The translations under genes were made by a program, and so were the position numbers. A stretch of DNA of 64,000 nucleotides from Candidatus Omnitrophota bacterium (GTDB lineage: Bacteria > Omnitrophota > Gorgyraeia > DTHP01): NCBI GenBank assembly GCA_023819145.1, contig JAMWCW010000008.1, positions 5,584 to 69,583 on the forward strand, given 5' to 3'. Below the pieces are notes generated by a model. It was given only the letters and a program-made list of their open reading frames with translations. It did no database searches and had not been told where the DNA came from. Positions 46,875 to 57,178 of the stretch are shown piece after piece; positions within the stretch are counted from its first letter, which is position 1, and each line of letters begins with the position of its first letter.

Positions 46875-48020
46875 ATGGCGAAACGTGATTATTACGAAAT
46901 ACTGGGTGTAGATAAGAGAGCCTCCAAAGAGGAGATAAGAGCTGCTTTTCGTAAGTTGGCAATGCAATACCATCCTGACCGCGCACCGCAGGATAAGAAA
47001 AAAGAGGCAGAGGAGAAATTTAAAGAAATTTCTGAAGCTTATGCAGTTTTGTCTGATGATCAGAAACGTGCTCAGTACGACCAATTTGGACATGCGGGAA
47101 TTGATTCAAGATATAGTTACGAGGATATTTTCCGGGGAGCAGACTTTGGAAGCATCTTTGAGGATTTAGGTTTTGGAGGTAGCATCTTTGAAGAACTTTT
47201 TAGTGACTTTGGTTTATTTGGAAGTGGGCGAAGAACTTCTCGTAAGACAGGAAGAGGGAGGGACTTACAGTTTGATTTGGAAATCTCTTTTGAAGAGGCT
47301 GCGCGCGGGACTACAAGAACCATAGAGGTTTCGCGGTATGAAATTTGTTCTGCTTGTCGAGGGGAAGGGGCTAAACCGGGGACAAAAAAAGTCGAATGTT
47401 CGCGTTGTCACGGAACAGGGCAATCAAGGGTTTCCCAAGGGTTTTTTACTTTAACTACTACCTGTTCTGCCTGTCAAGGCGAAGGGTATAAAGTTCAGGT
47501 TCCCTGTCCTAACTGTCGTGGACAGGGGCGGGAGAAGGTGGAGCGAAAAATTGAAGTTAAAATTCCTCCCGGCGTAGATACAGGGTCGCATCTGCGTCTT
47601 ACTGGAGAAGGCGAGGCGGGTGTTTCTGGTGTAAGGGGAGATTTGTATGTAGTAATCTATGTTAAACCTCATCCGCTCTTTGAAAGACATGAGGATGACA
47701 TCTATTTAGAACTTCCCATAAGTTTTGCTACTGCCTGTTTAGGAGGAGAGGTGGATGTTCCTACTTTAAATGGTGGTGTAAAAATGAAGATCCCTGCAGG
47801 AACACAGTCGGGTAAAGTTTTTCGTATCCGAGGCAAAGGTTTTCCCAGATTACATAACCAAGGACAGGGAGATGAATTGGTGAGGGTAGTGGTAGAGGTT
47901 CCGACAGAATTAACCCCTGAACAAAAGAAACTTTTGCGTGATTTTGCTGCTGCATTAAGAGAAGATTCCCTCCCTTTAACCCGCTCCTTCCGCGAAAAAT
48001 TACGCCATATATTTAAATAA
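46875..48020 (+). CDS. dnaJ: chaperone DnaJ
   Basis: J-domain with HPD, G/F region, and four CxxCxGxG zinc-finger repeats. Confidence 0.95.
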   Translation: MAKRDYYEILGVDKRASKEEIRAAFRKLAMQYHPDRAPQDKKKEAEEKFKEISEAYAVLSDDQKRAQYDQFGHAGIDSRYSYEDIFRGADFGSIFEDLGFGGSIFEELFSDFGLFGSGRRTSRKTGRGRDLQFDLEISFEEAARGTTRTIEVSRYEICSACRGEGAKPGTKKVECSRCHGTGQSRVSQGFFTLTTTCSACQGEGYKVQVPCPNCRGQGREKVERKIEVKIPPGVDTGSHLRLTGEGEAGVSGVRGDLYVVIYVKPHPLFERHEDDIYLELPISFATACLGGEVDVPTLNGGVKMKIPAGTQSGKVFRIRGKGFPRLHNQGQGDELVRVVVEVPTELTPEQKKLLRDFAAALREDSLPLTRSFREKLRHIFK

Positions 48021-48266
48021 ATAAGGGTGCCTAAATTTCTTAAATACTGGTTAACGCTCATGTTTTATGGTTATTTTCAGGGGGTCTTTTTTAGAGAAAT
48101 TTCTTTCGGATAAGATTCTGTACTTATTATATGTTTTTAGAAGGGTAATTTTTCTACCTTGGTGTTAACAGGATTATTTTTTGAAATATTTTCTTTGATG
48201 TTCGGAGCATTCATTTAGGAATGAGGATTTATGGAATTAACAAGATGGAGAAATTTAATTTTCTTG

Positions 48267-48296
48267 TTGACAGAAATGGGTTGATGGTTGTAAAAT
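48267..48296 (+). promoter_or_regulatory. putative sigma70 promoter for rplM-rpsI
   Basis: TTGACA, 18 nt spacer, TAAAAT. Confidence 0.35.
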
Positions 48297-48332
48297 TCTA
48301 CGCTATTATTCTAATTTGGAAAAGGAGTAAAA

Positions 48333-48746
48333 ATGGCAGTTAGAGATAAGGAAGATATAAAGTGGTATTTAATAGATGCAAAAAAAGAGGTGTTAGGGAA
48401 ATTAGCAGTTAAAGCGGCAAGGATTCTCATGGGAAAGCATAAGCCGGCGTATGTGCCCTATCTGGCTGATGGCGATGGTGTTATTGTTATTAATGCTCGT
48501 CAAATTAATATCACTGGCGATAAGCTTTCCCATAAATTTTATAAACGCTATTCGGGATATCCGGATGGTTTAAAGAAAATACCTCTTTCGGAGATGTTGT
48601 ATCGTAAGCCTGAAGAGGTGATTAGACACGCTGTAGCAGGTATGCTTCCTAAGAATAAACTAACGAAGATTCTACTAAAGAGATTAAAAGTTTATGCTGA
48701 TGATAAACATCCCCATTTGGCACAGAAACCCGTAATGGTTAAATAA
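48333..48746 (+). CDS. rplM: 50S ribosomal protein L13
   Basis: WYLIDAK..LGKLA...L.GKHKP.Y signature. Confidence 0.9.
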   Translation: MAVRDKEDIKWYLIDAKKEVLGKLAVKAARILMGKHKPAYVPYLADGDGVIVINARQINITGDKLSHKFYKRYSGYPDGLKKIPLSEMLYRKPEEVIRHAVAGMLPKNKLTKILLKRLKVYADDKHPHLAQKPVMVK

Positions 48747-48763
48747 GGAAAAGAGGAAAGACG

Positions 48764-49195
48764 ATGGTAGATGACAAAAATGACAATGTGGTAAATCAGG
48801 AAAATCAAACAACGAAAATTCTTGCTACAGGACGTAGGAAAACCGCAGTGGCGAGAGTATGGCTTTTTCAGGGAACGGGGAAAATTCAAGTAAATAAAAA
48901 ACCATATAATCTTTATTTTCACCGTTCGCTTTATGAAAAACTAATCCTCGAACCATTTCGCGCAACTGACACCTTAGGGAAATTTGATGTGGTTGCTAAA
49001 TTGGAAGGAGGTGGTTTGACTGGTCAAGCGGATGCTCTACGTTTAGGTATCTCCCGTGCCCTTACCCTCATTAATCCTACTTTTAGACCTCTTCTGAAAA
49101 GACGCGGTCTCTTAACTCGCGATCCCAGAGAAAAAGAACGTAAAAAATATGGGCAGAAAGGTGCGAGAAAGAGATTCCAGTGGACGAAGCGTTAG
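48764..49195 (+). CDS. rpsI: 30S ribosomal protein S9
   Basis: GRRKTAVARV...GGG.TGQA.A.R.GI.RAL signature and a C-terminal KR-rich tail. Confidence 0.9.
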   Translation: MVDDKNDNVVNQENQTTKILATGRRKTAVARVWLFQGTGKIQVNKKPYNLYFHRSLYEKLILEPFRATDTLGKFDVVAKLEGGGLTGQADALRLGISRALTLINPTFRPLLKRRGLLTRDPREKERKKYGQKGARKRFQWTKR

Positions 49196-49266
49196 GTAAA
49201 AATACTTCTGATATTCAAAAAATCTAAAGCAATATATAATAAACTAAGCCTCCGACGAAAAATTTC

Positions 49267-49295
49267 TTGACTATTTTAAATTTTTAGCATAGAAT
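49267..49295 (+). promoter_or_regulatory. putative sigma70 promoter for the arg operon (TTGACT, 17 nt spacer, TAGAAT)
   Basis: Hexamers with correct spacing 33 nt upstream of argC. Confidence 0.35.
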
Positions 49296-49327
49296 TTTCC
49301 TATCTTATTTTAATTTTAAGGTGAGAA

Positions 49328-50356
49328 ATGGATAAGGTTAAAGTTGGGGTTGTGGGAGCAACGGGTTATGCGGGAGAGGAATTAATCCGCATCTTACTTA
49401 ATCATCCTCAAGTAGAGATAAATTATTTATCCGCAAAAATAGATAAACCTACGGATATAATTGAGATCTTTCCTCAATTTAAAAAGAAAATTAGTCTTAT
49501 TTGTGAGGAACTGGATATAGAAAAGTTGGCTAAAAAATCAGAGGTAGTATTTCTTGCGACTCCCCATGGTTATGCCCATACCATCGTTCCCGAATTAAGG
49601 AAAAGGGATAAAATAGTAATTGATTTAAGTGCAGATTTTCGTCTTAAGGATGAAAAGCTCTATAAAAAATGGTATAACTTTGAACATAGCAATAAGAAAT
49701 TTTTAGAAGATGCAGTCTATGGTTTGCCTGAGGTTTATCGAGAAGAGATTAAGAAAAATAAACTTATAGCTAATCCCGGATGTTATCCTACAGGAGTGAT
49801 TTTAGGAAGCTTACCTTTGGTAAAGAATAGTTTTTTAAAAGAGAATACGATTATTGTAGATACAAAATCGGGAGCAACCGGGGCAGGGAGGACATTAAAA
49901 ACTGATTTACTTTTTAATGAAGTTAATGAAACAATTCGTGTCTATAAAATAAATGCTCATCAACATATCCCGGAAATTGAACAGGAACTTTCTTTGATAG
50001 GAAATAAAGATATAAAAACTATATTTGTCCCCCATCTTTTACCATTAAGTCGAGGCATTCTGAGTTGTATTTATATAAAATTGAATAAAAAATTTTCTAC
50101 GAAAGATCTCCTTGAATTTTACAATAGTTTTTATAAAAATGAACCCTTTGTGCGTGTTTTGAAAGAGGGTAATTTACCACAATTGAAATCAGTGCAATTC
50201 AGTAATTATTGTGATATTGGTATTAGCGTAGATCAAGAGAGTGATTTGGCCATTGTGATATCTGCTATTGACAATTTAGGTAAAGGAGCCAGTGGACAGG
50301 CGGTACAGAATTTAAATATTATTATGGGATGGGAAGAAACCGTCGGGCTTAAATAA
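49328..50356 (+). CDS. argC: N-acetyl-gamma-glutamyl-phosphate reductase
   Basis: VGVVGATGYAGEELIR N-terminus and the active-site region NPGCYPTG. Confidence 0.9.
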   Translation: MDKVKVGVVGATGYAGEELIRILLNHPQVEINYLSAKIDKPTDIIEIFPQFKKKISLICEELDIEKLAKKSEVVFLATPHGYAHTIVPELRKRDKIVIDLSADFRLKDEKLYKKWYNFEHSNKKFLEDAVYGLPEVYREEIKKNKLIANPGCYPTGVILGSLPLVKNSFLKENTIIVDTKSGATGAGRTLKTDLLFNEVNETIRVYKINAHQHIPEIEQELSLIGNKDIKTIFVPHLLPLSRGILSCIYIKLNKKFSTKDLLEFYNSFYKNEPFVRVLKEGNLPQLKSVQFSNYCDIGISVDQESDLAIVISAIDNLGKGASGQAVQNLNIIMGWEETVGLK

Positions 50357-50373
50357 GTTGCTAAACTAAAAGC

Positions 50374-51579
50374 ATGAAGATAATTAGAGGGGGGATTACT
50401 GCCCCCCATGGTTTTGAAGCAAGCGGTATTTCTTGTGGTATAAAAAAGGGAAATGCATTAGATTTAGCGCTTATTTACTCCCAACAACCCGCTTTGGCAG
50501 TGGGATTATTTACCTCTTCACATTTCCCCGCAAACCATGTAGTTCTGGATAGAACACGGCTGAATAGGTATGGGCGAGCTCAGGCAATTATTGTTAATAG
50601 CGGAAATGCTAATTGTGCAGTAGGAGAGAAGGGTTTATCGGATGCAGAGAGGGTAACAGATAAAGTAGCAAAAGTTTTGGGTATTAATTCATTTCTTGTG
50701 TTGATGGCTTCTACAGGAATTATTGGTAAGAGATTACCCGTAGAGAAGATAGAAAGAGCGATTCCTCTTTTGATAAATACTAAAAGGAAAGATAGATACC
50801 GCTTGGCAAGTCGAGCCATAATGACCACCGATAAAAAACCCAAAGATATAGCTTTGGAATTGAAAATAAAGGGTAAGAAGATAAGGATTGGAGCCATGGC
50901 AAAGGGAGCGGGGATGATTAACCCTCGTTTGGCAACTATGCTCTGTTTTATAACCACAGATTTGAGTATAAACTCCAAACTGTTAAAGAAGGCGCTTAAA
51001 GAGGCCGTAGATAATTCATTTAATCGCATTAGCATCGATGGAGAGATGAGTACCAACGATAGCGTGATTATTATGGCCAATGGCTTGGCGGGAAATAGAA
51101 GGATAGATAATTTAGAAGAGAGTGATTTTCTTGTTTTCTCAGAAGGATTACGTTTTGGATGTGAGTATTTAGCGCGTCAAATTGTTTTAGATGGTGAAGG
51201 AGCGACTAAATTTATTTCTATAAAAGTTAAAGGAGCAAAGAACAGATTTGAGGCGGAGAGAGTATCCCGAACCATCGCAAATTCTCCTTTGTTTAAGACT
51301 GCGATGTATGGTCAGAACCCTAACTGGGGAAGGATTATTTCTGCTTGTGGAGCGTCAGAGGCTAGACTCAATCCGGAAAAGTTAGATATTAGTTTAGGAG
51401 GGCAATTTGTTTTCAGATGCGGTAAGCCTGTAGGAAAAGATTTCCAGCATTTTAAGAAGATTTTAGAAAAGAGAGAAATAAAAGTAGAAATAGATTTAAA
51501 TCTGGGTAAAGGAGAATATTCTCTCTGGACAATCGATTTGTCAGAGGATTATGTACGCATAAACGCAGGATACGAATAG
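50374..51579 (+). CDS. argJ: bifunctional glutamate N-acetyltransferase / amino-acid acetyltransferase ArgJ
   Basis: Self-cleavage site region ATMLCFITTD and an ArgJ-length protein. Confidence 0.9.
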   Translation: MKIIRGGITAPHGFEASGISCGIKKGNALDLALIYSQQPALAVGLFTSSHFPANHVVLDRTRLNRYGRAQAIIVNSGNANCAVGEKGLSDAERVTDKVAKVLGINSFLVLMASTGIIGKRLPVEKIERAIPLLINTKRKDRYRLASRAIMTTDKKPKDIALELKIKGKKIRIGAMAKGAGMINPRLATMLCFITTDLSINSKLLKKALKEAVDNSFNRISIDGEMSTNDSVIIMANGLAGNRRIDNLEESDFLVFSEGLRFGCEYLARQIVLDGEGATKFISIKVKGAKNRFEAERVSRTIANSPLFKTAMYGQNPNWGRIISACGASEARLNPEKLDISLGGQFVFRCGKPVGKDFQHFKKILEKREIKVEIDLNLGKGEYSLWTIDLSEDYVRINAGYE

Positions 51580-51585
51580 CCTATA

Positions 51586-52440
51586 ATGGAAGAAGTAATT
51601 AAAAAAGCGGATGTTTTGATTGAGGCAATGCCTTATATTAGGGCTTTCCGTAACAAAATTTTTGTAATTAAATACGGCGGTAAAATAATTCTTAATGAGA
51701 ATGCCCAGAGGCGTCTTTTAGAAGACCTAAATTTTTTATATTTTGTAGGTATCAAACCTGTGCTTGTGCATGGGGGTGGACCTTCGATTACCCAGAAAGC
51801 AGCACAGTTAGGTAAAATGGTAAAGTTTGTTGAGGGCAGGAGAGTAACCGATGAAGCAATGATAAAAATAGTGGAAGAGACCCTTACCGACATAAATCAG
51901 AAACTGATAAAAATGGTGAAACTTTTAGGAGTAGAAGCTAAAGGGTTGGATGGGAAAAAGGACGATATAATCAGAGTTAAAAAGATAGAAGATGAGATTG
52001 ATTTGGGATTTGTAGGTGAAATTACAGAGGTAAATTCTGAACCGATAAAGGCAGTTTTGAAAGAGAAAGCAATTCCTATAGTTATTCCTTTAGGACGGGG
52101 AAAGGATAGACTTACCTATAATGTAAATGCAGATGATGCTGCTTCGGCTATCGCGGTTAGTCTTAAGGCAGAAAAATTTATTCTCCTTACTGATACAAGG
52201 GGGATTTTGCGCAATCCAGAAGATGAGAGTTCTTTGATTTCAACACTTACCCAGAAAGAATCTCTGGAGTTAATTGAGCGTAAAGTAATACAGACAGGAA
52301 TGATTCCTAAGGTTAAAGCGTGTATAAATGCTCTGCAAGGAGGGGTCAAGAAGACACATATTATTGATGGAAGAATAAATCATGTTGTACTGCTGGAGAT
52401 TTTTACTGACCAGGGTATAGGGACAGAAATTGTAAAGTAA
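51586..52440 (+). CDS. argB: acetylglutamate kinase
   Basis: VIKYGG...LVHGGGP amino-acid kinase motifs. Confidence 0.9.
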   Translation: MEEVIKKADVLIEAMPYIRAFRNKIFVIKYGGKIILNENAQRRLLEDLNFLYFVGIKPVLVHGGGPSITQKAAQLGKMVKFVEGRRVTDEAMIKIVEETLTDINQKLIKMVKLLGVEAKGLDGKKDDIIRVKKIEDEIDLGFVGEITEVNSEPIKAVLKEKAIPIVIPLGRGKDRLTYNVNADDAASAIAVSLKAEKFILLTDTRGILRNPEDESSLISTLTQKESLELIERKVIQTGMIPKVKACINALQGGVKKTHIIDGRINHVVLLEIFTDQGIGTEIVK

Positions 52441-52441
52441 A

Positions 52442-53650
52442 TTGCAAATGGTTATGAAGACAGAAGAAGTTATAAAGTTATATGAAGATTACGTGATGAA
52501 TACCTACACCCGCATGCCAATTTCTTTAGCCAAAGGGAAAGGTTCGCGGGTTTGGGATTTAGAACAGAGAGAATATCTTGACTTTTTCCCAGGATGGGGA
52601 GTGAGTGGTTTAGGACATGTCCATCCCAAGATTACCTCTGCCATAAAAGAGCAAGCAAAGAAGCTAATTCATGTTTCTAACAATTACTATCATCATCTTC
52701 AGGCACGTTTGGCAAAAAAGATAATCGATTTGTCCTTCCCCGGTAAAATCTTCTTTTGTAATTCTGGTGCAGAGGCAAACGAGGCTGCTTTTAAATTGGC
52801 AAGAATTTACGGACAGGGTAAACGTTTTGAAATCATCGCTTTTGAAAATTCTTTTCATGGAAGGACCATTGCGGCTATTGCTGCTACAGGACAGAAAAAG
52901 TATCAAGAAGGATTTGAACCCTTGCCTTCTGGTTTTATTCATGTTCCTTATAATAATATTAAAGCAGTGAGAAATGCATTGAGTGAGAGGACAATCGCAG
53001 TTATTTTAGAATTGATTCAAGGCGAAGGTGGTATAAAAGTAGCGGATTTTGAATTTGTTAATGAACTATACCGCTTATGTAAAGAAAAAGATGTTCTTTT
53101 AATTGTAGATGAAGTTCAGACAGGGATGGGAAGGACAGGGGAATTTTTTTGTTTTCAAAACTATGGAATAATTCCTGATATCATGACTTTGGCAAAAGCT
53201 TTAGGAGGAGGTTTGCCGATTGGAGCAATGGTGGCAAGGTCAGGGGTTGCGGAGTGTTTCAGACCCGGAATGCATGCTTCTACTTTTGGAGGAAGCCCAC
53301 TCGTATGCAAAGCAGCTTTAACAGTTATTGAAACGATTCAGAAAGATAGATTGTTAAATAATTGTAGAAGGTTGGGAAATTACCTTAAAGAAAAACTTTC
53401 TGTTTTTAAAGAAAAATTTAGTTTTGTGCGTGAGGTGCGGGGAATGGGATTAATGTTGGCGTTGGAATTAGATATTTCGGGTAAAACGGTAGTAGATCAA
53501 TGTAGAAAACGTGGACTTTTGATAAATTGCACCCAGGAGCGTATTTTGCGGATTATGCCAGCAATAAATGTGAGTAAAAAAGATATTGACAAAGCAGTTG
53601 GTATCTTAGAGGATGTGCTTAAAGAACACCAAAATACCTTACCCTACTAA
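52442..53650 (+). CDS. argD: acetylornithine aminotransferase
   Basis: Class-III PLP aminotransferase fold with DEVQTGMGRTG and a TLAKALGGG-type Lys region. Confidence 0.85.
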   Translation: MQMVMKTEEVIKLYEDYVMNTYTRMPISLAKGKGSRVWDLEQREYLDFFPGWGVSGLGHVHPKITSAIKEQAKKLIHVSNNYYHHLQARLAKKIIDLSFPGKIFFCNSGAEANEAAFKLARIYGQGKRFEIIAFENSFHGRTIAAIAATGQKKYQEGFEPLPSGFIHVPYNNIKAVRNALSERTIAVILELIQGEGGIKVADFEFVNELYRLCKEKDVLLIVDEVQTGMGRTGEFFCFQNYGIIPDIMTLAKALGGGLPIGAMVARSGVAECFRPGMHASTFGGSPLVCKAALTVIETIQKDRLLNNCRRLGNYLKEKLSVFKEKFSFVREVRGMGLMLALELDISGKTVVDQCRKRGLLINCTQERILRIMPAINVSKKDIDKAVGILEDVLKEHQNTLPY

Positions 53651-53659
53651 TTTAATGTA

Positions 53660-54574
53660 ATGAAAAGAGATTTCATTTGTATAAGAGATTGGTCAGTAAA
53701 GGAGATAGAAGAGATTTTTTCTCTTACTGAGAAATTAAAAAAAGATCCCCTAGGATTTTTCTCTTCCTTGGAAGGGAAAACGCTTGCTTTAATTTTTGAG
53801 AAACCTTCTACGCGAACCCACGTTTCCTTTATGGTGGGGATGTATCAGTTAGGAGGCAATGCCCTCTATTTGGGACCAGAACAAGTAAAATTAGGAGTGA
53901 GGGAGCCGATTAAAGATATTGCCCGAACTCTCAGTAGATATGTTGACGGAATTGTTATACGCACTTTTTCTCATGAGAATGTGTTAGAAATGGCAAGGTA
54001 TGCGAGCATTCCGGTGATTAATGGTTTGTCTGATTTGCTTCATCCTTGCCAGGCATTGGCGGATATATTTACGATTAGGGAAAAAAAAGGCAAGGTGAGA
54101 AAAGTTAAACTTGGCTTTATTGGGGATGGCAACAATGTTCTTCATTCTCTTCTTTACGGTTGTAGTAAGTTAGGAATAGACCTTTATATTGCCACACCTA
54201 AAGGTTATGAACCCAAAGAAATTATTTTTAGAGAAGCGAAGATGTTGGCGAAAAAAAGCGGTGCTGAGATTAGAATGAGTACTTCTCCTTATACTGTGGT
54301 AAAGGAATGTGAATTTCTTTACACGGATGTGTGGGTAAGCATGGGGCAGGAGAAAGAGAAGAGAAAACGACTGAGAGACTTTAAGGGGTTTCAGCTGAAT
54401 AGAAAACTTTTTTCTGAGGCAGGTAATATGCCTTATATTTTACACTGTCTTCCTTGTCACCGAGGAGAAGAGATTACCGATGAAGTTATCGAGGGAAAGA
54501 ATTCCCTTGTTTTTGAACAGGCAGAAAATAGGTTGCATGTGCAGAAGGCGATTTTAATTAAACTCTTAAGTTGA
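53660..54574 (+). CDS. argF: ornithine carbamoyltransferase
   Basis: STRTH carbamoyl-phosphate motif, DVWVSMGQE, HCLP. Confidence 0.85.
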   Translation: MKRDFICIRDWSVKEIEEIFSLTEKLKKDPLGFFSSLEGKTLALIFEKPSTRTHVSFMVGMYQLGGNALYLGPEQVKLGVREPIKDIARTLSRYVDGIVIRTFSHENVLEMARYASIPVINGLSDLLHPCQALADIFTIREKKGKVRKVKLGFIGDGNNVLHSLLYGCSKLGIDLYIATPKGYEPKEIIFREAKMLAKKSGAEIRMSTSPYTVVKECEFLYTDVWVSMGQEKEKRKRLRDFKGFQLNRKLFSEAGNMPYILHCLPCHRGEEITDEVIEGKNSLVFEQAENRLHVQKAILIKLLS

Positions 54575-54590
54575 GAAAAGAGGGTAGATT

Positions 54591-55769
54591 ATGAAAAAGA
54601 TAATCTTGGCTTATTCCGGAGGTTTGGATACATCGGTTGCCCTTCACTGGTTGAAGAAAAAAGGTTTTAAAGTAATTGCTTTTTTGGCGGATATAGGACA
54701 GCAGGCAGAATTTAAAAAGCTATCGGAAAGAGCAAAGAAGATAGGTGCAGATAATATTTATGTCAAAGATTTGAGAAGAGAATTCTTAGAAGAGTATTGT
54801 TGGCGGGCGCTTAAAGCTGGGGCAGTTTATGAAGGAAAATATTTGTTGTCTACTGCTTTAAGTAGGCCTTTAATTGCTAAGTACTTAGTAGGGATAGCCA
54901 AAAAGGAAAAAGCGGAGTTTATTGCTCATGGTTGCACAGGTAAGGGAAATGACCAGGTTCGCTTTGAGGTTTCGGTCTCTATCCTGGCACCGGAATTAAA
55001 AATCATTGCTCCTTTGCGAGTCTGGGATTTGAAATCAAGGGAAGAAGAAATTGCCTATGCGAAAAAAAATGCTATACCCATCGATGTTACTAAGAAAAGC
55101 CCTTATTCTATAGACCATAACCTTTGGGGAGTGAGTATTGAATGTGGAGCCTTGGAAGATCCCCGGGTTGAACCCCCAGAAGATGCTTATCAGATAACCA
55201 GTCCTATTTCTGCTACGCCGGATAAACCTTTGTATCTGGAGATTTATTTTGAAAAAGGAGTGCCTACCGGAATAAAAGGAGAGCGTGGGGGAGCTTTAGA
55301 TTTAGTAAGGGAGTTGAATAGATTAGGTGGAGAGCATGGAATAGGACGCACAGATTTGGTAGAAAATCGTCTTATAGGAATAAAGAGCAGAGAGATTTAT
55401 GAAGCCCCCGCCGCTTCAATACTCTATACTGCGCACCGGGAGTTAGAGGCGATGAATCTTGACCGTGAGACTCTCCATTTTAAACCGATTATTTCTGCTA
55501 AATATGCAGAGTTAATTTATTATGGGCTGTGGTTTACTCCTCTCAGGTCTGCTTTAGATAGTTTTCTGGAGAAGATTCAAGAGACCATTACGGGATGCGT
55601 GCGTTTGAAACTTTTTAAAGGAAATTGCATTCCTGTAGGAAGGAAATCTTCTTATTCTTTATACAAGAAAGAAATTGCTACTTATAGTAGCAAAAGTCAA
55701 TTTGACCAAAAGTTAGCCGAAGGTTTTATTAAGATTTGGGCTACGCCATACATTAATCAGCGAATTTAA
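54591..55769 (+). CDS. argG: argininosuccinate synthase
   Basis: AYSGGLDTSV P-loop-like N-terminus and the GCTGKGNDQVRFE motif. Confidence 0.92.
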   Translation: MKKIILAYSGGLDTSVALHWLKKKGFKVIAFLADIGQQAEFKKLSERAKKIGADNIYVKDLRREFLEEYCWRALKAGAVYEGKYLLSTALSRPLIAKYLVGIAKKEKAEFIAHGCTGKGNDQVRFEVSVSILAPELKIIAPLRVWDLKSREEEIAYAKKNAIPIDVTKKSPYSIDHNLWGVSIECGALEDPRVEPPEDAYQITSPISATPDKPLYLEIYFEKGVPTGIKGERGGALDLVRELNRLGGEHGIGRTDLVENRLIGIKSREIYEAPAASILYTAHRELEAMNLDRETLHFKPIISAKYAELIYYGLWFTPLRSALDSFLEKIQETITGCVRLKLFKGNCIPVGRKSSYSLYKKEIATYSSKSQFDQKLAEGFIKIWATPYINQRI

Positions 55770-55801
55770 TATCAAAAAATCAGGCAAAAGAAGAGGTAAA
55801 T

Positions 55802-57178
55802 ATGACTAATAATAAATTATGGGGGGGGAGGTTTAAGAAAGATTTAGATAGAGATGTTTTTGATTTTACTAAGAGCATCGCTTTCGATAAACGTTTGGCT
55901 ATTTATGATATAGAAGGAAGCATTGCCCATGCCGAGATGTTGGGAAAGTGTAAGGTTATTTCTCAGAAAGAAAAAGCGCTTTTAATAAAAGGTTTAAAGA
56001 GTTTAAAGAATAAATTAACATTATTTAACTTAGATAAACATGAAGATATCCATACTGCGGTAGTTAACTTGTTACGTAGAGAGATAGGGAAAATTGCAGA
56101 CAAACTGCATATTGGGAGGTCGCGTAATGACCAGGTTGTTTTAGATTTGCGCCTTTGTTGTAAAGAAGAAATTAAGGAAATTGTTAAGGGAATTAAGAAT
56201 TTACAGACCTGTTTTTTGAAAGGAGTAAAGAAGTTTAGTGATAAAGTTACCATCCCTTCCTATACTCATCTTAAGAACGCCCAGTGTATCTTATTCTCAC
56301 AGCAGTTGCTTGCTTATCTTCAGATGTTAGAACGAGATAAAGAGAGGCTTTACGATGCGTTGAAGAGGGTAGATGTAATGCCCTTAGGCAGTGGTGCAGG
56401 AAGAGGGGTTAGTTTTTCTATCGATAGATTTTATGTAGCAAAAAGATTGGGTTTTTCTCGTGTTTCAGAAAATAGTATCGATAGCGTGAGTGACCGAGAT
56501 TTTGTCATTGAGGTACTTTCCTGTTTGGCTATTTTAATGATGCATCTTTCGCGAATTGCGGAAGATTTTATTCTTTTCTCAAGTGATGAATTTGGTTTCG
56601 TTGAGGGAGATGACCGTCACTATACGGGTTCGAGCATGTTACCACACAAGAAAAATCCCGACCCCTTAGAGCTTATTCGAGGTTATAGTGGGCGAGTTTA
56701 TGGCAACCTGGTTTCGGTTTTGGTAATGATGAAGGGGCTTCCTTTGACTTACAATCGAGATATGCAGTTAGATAAGCCTCCTTTTTTTGATTCGGTTGAT
56801 ATCGTAAAAAGTTCAATTTATATTTTAGAGAAAGTTCTCTATGGGATAAAAGTAAAGATAGAAAAATTAAAAAAAGCATCTATGAATGAATTCATTTTTG
56901 CTTCAGACATTGCGGAGTTCTTAGTGACTAAGGGATACTCCTGGCAGGAAGCACATGATGCAACAGGAAGATTGATCCTTGAGTCCATAGAGAAGAAAAA
57001 GCCTCTAAAAGAAATGTCGGAAAAAGAACTTAAGAAGATAATACCTCAATTAAATAGAAATTTGATTTCCGAACTACTTCACCCCTTAAAATCAGTTAGA
57101 CGCATAAGGTCCTATGGAGGCTCAAGCCCCGCGAGCATAAAAGTTCAGATTAGAGACTGGGAGAAGAGATTGAGATAG
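55802..57178 (+). CDS. argH: argininosuccinate lyase
   Basis: LWGGRF N-terminus and the fumarate-lyase signature GSSMLPHKKNPD. Confidence 0.92.
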   Translation: MTNNKLWGGRFKKDLDRDVFDFTKSIAFDKRLAIYDIEGSIAHAEMLGKCKVISQKEKALLIKGLKSLKNKLTLFNLDKHEDIHTAVVNLLRREIGKIADKLHIGRSRNDQVVLDLRLCCKEEIKEIVKGIKNLQTCFLKGVKKFSDKVTIPSYTHLKNAQCILFSQQLLAYLQMLERDKERLYDALKRVDVMPLGSGAGRGVSFSIDRFYVAKRLGFSRVSENSIDSVSDRDFVIEVLSCLAILMMHLSRIAEDFILFSSDEFGFVEGDDRHYTGSSMLPHKKNPDPLELIRGYSGRVYGNLVSVLVMMKGLPLTYNRDMQLDKPPFFDSVDIVKSSIYILEKVLYGIKVKIEKLKKASMNEFIFASDIAEFLVTKGYSWQEAHDATGRLILESIEKKKPLKEMSEKELKKIIPQLNRNLISELLHPLKSVRRIRSYGGSSPASIKVQIRDWEKRLR

